Of a DNA stretch of 64,000 bases, positions 62,140-64,000 are shown piece after piece. A program made the translations under genes and the position numbers. Positions within the stretch are counted from its first letter, which is position 1, and every line of letters begins with the position of its first letter. The notes below the pieces were generated by a model. It was not told the DNA's origin. It saw only the letters and a list, made by a program, of their open reading frames with translations, and did not search any database. The DNA comes from an uncultured Alphaproteobacteria bacterium (GTDB taxonomy: Bacteria; Pseudomonadota; Alphaproteobacteria; Micropepsales; Micropepsaceae), in contig CAWINU010000009.1 in assembly GCA_963837555.1 (NCBI GenBank), forward strand, positions 12,277 to 76,276, read 5' to 3'.

Positions 62140-63456
62140 CTAGTGAATTTCGGAGCTGTCCGGTTTTTCGAACGCGACGCGGTCCATTTTCTGATAGGCC
62201 TCATAGCCCGACACAATCACCTTCTCCCCGGGCTTCAGACCATCCACGACTTCTATGGCTTGCGGGTTCCTGCGTCCCAGGCGGACATTGCGTTTCGTCG
62301 CGTATTTTCCGTCCGCGGACAGGACAAATATCCAATTGCCGCCGGTGTCCTGATAAAACGGGCCGTTGGCTATGATGATTGCCTGGGACGCTCCGCCCAG
62401 CTCGATCTTCAAGTCCATCGCCTGACCGACATGAATGCCGGATGGCGAGGCGCCGTCAAAGTAAAGGTCGGCCCGAAATGTGCCATTCGCAACCTGCGGA
62501 TAAATTTTCGCCACATGGGCTTTGTAAGTGCGGTCGTTTGCCGAAAGCAGCGCTTCCTGCCCAAGCACAACCCTGCCCAGATAAAACTCATCCACCTGTG
62601 CGGTCAGCTTGAAACGGTCCGCCGAATTGACCTGACCCAGCACCGCGCCTTGCGCTTTCGACTGGCCGACCTCCGCATCCAGTGCCGTCAACTGTCCGTC
62701 CATCGGCGCGCGTATCGTCAGTGCTTCCACGCCGGCATTGGCAACCGACGTGGAAGTCCCGGCTCCGCCTTGTGAGGTAATCTGAGTGGCCCGCACGCGC
62801 TGTTCCACTTTGCGCGATGCGATAACGGCATCCCTGAGTTTCAGGTTATAGGCATATTCCTCTTCTTCTGTCTTGTAAGTGCTCGGAGCGATTGCACCTG
62901 CGTCCAGCAGCCTTTTGTCCCGCGCCAGATCGCCCTGCAATTTGCTGAGCTGATGTTCGATACCAAGCAGATCGCGTTCATACATCAGCCGCGTCTGTTC
63001 GAACGCCAATTGCTGTGCCGCAACCTGCACCTGCAATGCCGGATTAGAGAGAATGATGATCGGCTGGCCGGATTTTACTTGGGCGCCATCCTCGACCAGC
63101 ACCTGTTTCACCGTGCCGCCCTGCTCGGTGGTGAGGAAGGCTGTCGTCAAAGGCGCAACCGAGCCGCGGACCGGGATAAAATCTTCGAATGGCCCTTCGC
63201 TGACGGTGGCGATTGTCAGTTGGTTGATGGGCACGCGATAGACGCTGCCGCCGCCCATTCCCCAAAACGCCCATACACCAACAGCAACGGCGATTGTCCC
63301 CGCGACGACGGGCACTGCAAAACGGCGCCAGGCCGGTTTGCGGGCGATGACCCGGTCCATATTGCTGCCGGCGCCATCTGAGGCGTCTGCGTGGCCCTGA
63401 CCGGTCAGGACCTGAAGACGACTTTTCAAGCTCGGCTTTTGTGCGCTCATACCCAT
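62140..63456 (-). CDS. efflux periplasmic adaptor (membrane fusion protein)
   Basis: N-terminal TM, lipoyl halves (GGTVKQVLVEDG, IRAPMDGQL), VDEFYL, EVVDGLKPGEKVI. Confidence 0.92.
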   Translation of the reverse strand: MGMSAQKPSLKSRLQVLTGQGHADASDGAGSNMDRVIARKPAWRRFAVPVVAGTIAVAVGVWAFWGMGGGSVYRVPINQLTIATVSEGPFEDFIPVRGSVAPLTTAFLTTEQGGTVKQVLVEDGAQVKSGQPIIILSNPALQVQVAAQQLAFEQTRLMYERDLLGIEHQLSKLQGDLARDKRLLDAGAIAPSTYKTEEEEYAYNLKLRDAVIASRKVEQRVRATQITSQGGAGTSTSVANAGVEALTIRAPMDGQLTALDAEVGQSKAQGAVLGQVNSADRFKLTAQVDEFYLGRVVLGQEALLSANDRTYKAHVAKIYPQVANGTFRADLYFDGASPSGIHVGQAMDLKIELGGASQAIIIANGPFYQDTGGNWIFVLSADGKYATKRNVRLGRRNPQAIEVVDGLKPGEKVIVSGYEAYQKMDRVAFEKPDSSEIH

Positions 63457-63468
63457 GAGGCACTATGG

Positions 63469-63485
63469 AGCAACTCGCATGCCAA
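63469..63485 (-). promoter_or_regulatory. sigma-54 (-24/-12) promoter of the efflux operon
   Basis: Minus strand TTGGCATGCGAGTTGCT has exact GG-N10-GC spacing, with an AT-rich tract just upstream. Confidence 0.85.
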
Positions 63486-63534
63486 TAAATTATTGTTTAA
63501 ATTCAATGCGATAGATATAAACCTGGTCAATGAG

Positions 63535-63580
63535 TGTCCGCTGGCGTACATAAAAACGGACACCTGTCCGTTTTCGTACA
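63535..63580. promoter_or_regulatory. enhancer-binding-protein sites (UAS)
   Basis: Two TGTCCG-N4-CGTACA imperfect palindromes (63535-63550, 63565-63580) plus an extra CGGACA half-site between them. Confidence 0.7.
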
Positions 63581-63581
63581 C

Positions 63582-64000
63582 ATGAGTCTGCCCACCTTCC
63601 CTGCACCTGCGCGCCTCCTGGTGGTCGATGACAACGAGGATATCCTTCACGCTGCGCGCCTTTTCCTGAAACGCCATTTCACGTCTGTCCAGACGCTGAA
63701 CGACCCGTCTCGATTGCCCGACCTCGTCCGGCGGGATGCTTTTGACGTGCTCCTGCTTGATATGAATTTCACGGCTGGCGCCGATGACGGGACCGAAGGG
63801 CTGCGATACTTGTCCGAGGTATTGGCCATCGATCCGCAGGCTGTTGTCGTGCTGGTCACCGCCCATAGCGATATTGAGGTTGCCGTTGAGGCTATGAAGA
63901 ACGGCGGCGCGGATTTCGTCACCAAGCCCTGGGAAAATGAAAGGCTGCTGGCAACACTGAAGGCGGCCCTCAATCTGCGCAGCTCACGACGGGAAACTGC
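63582..64000 (+). CDS. response regulator receiver domain, probably a sigma-54-dependent activator; truncated by the window end
   Basis: Manual translation MSLPTFPAPARLLVVDDNEDILHAARLFLKRHF...LLLDMNF...LVTAHSDIEVAVEAMKNGGADFVTKPWENERL. Confidence 0.88.
   Translation, partial: MSLPTFPAPARLLVVDDNEDILHAARLFLKRHFTSVQTLNDPSRLPDLVRRDAFDVLLLDMNFTAGADDGTEGLRYLSEVLAIDPQAVVVLVTAHSDIEVAVEAMKNGGADFVTKPWENERLLATLKAALNLRSSRRET

Overview
GC-rich chromosomal segment of an alphaproteobacterium. The taxonomy is inferred from gene content and style; a Rhizomicrobium/Caulobacterales-like lineage is a guess. I saw no integrase, transposase, phage structural gene or CRISPR array. Content in order: aspartate aminotransferase, an orphan NodT/TolC outer-membrane factor, an MBOAT + SGNH-like pair converging on a VOC-methyltransferase-ACP-FkbH operon, an Mla/Pqi-type MCE transporter, an ABC-F ATPase, two paralogous lytic transglycosylases, a three-subunit 2-oxoacid oxidoreductase plus KgtP-like permease, tRNA-Ser(CGA) and tRNA-Leu(CAA) each followed by a TPR-enzyme fusion, a small MacB/FtsX-type ABC operon behind a structured leader, a His1 LPMO-like secreted protein, an OprB porin, rlmJ, a TonB-dependent receptor, c-type cytochromes, egtBD with a cNMP-thioredoxin reductase, biotin genes split by an ~8 kb accessory block with AT-rich nuclease-like genes at both ends, and a sigma-54-controlled ABC efflux operon. 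Many conserved genes carry small indels, most likely uncorrected long-read errors. The best candidate for an undescribed system is a Dlt/AlgI-like relay that would put a glycerate-derived, possibly methylated or epimerised, acyl group on an envelope polymer (3235-9306). All family calls come from motif recognition by eye; no searches were run.
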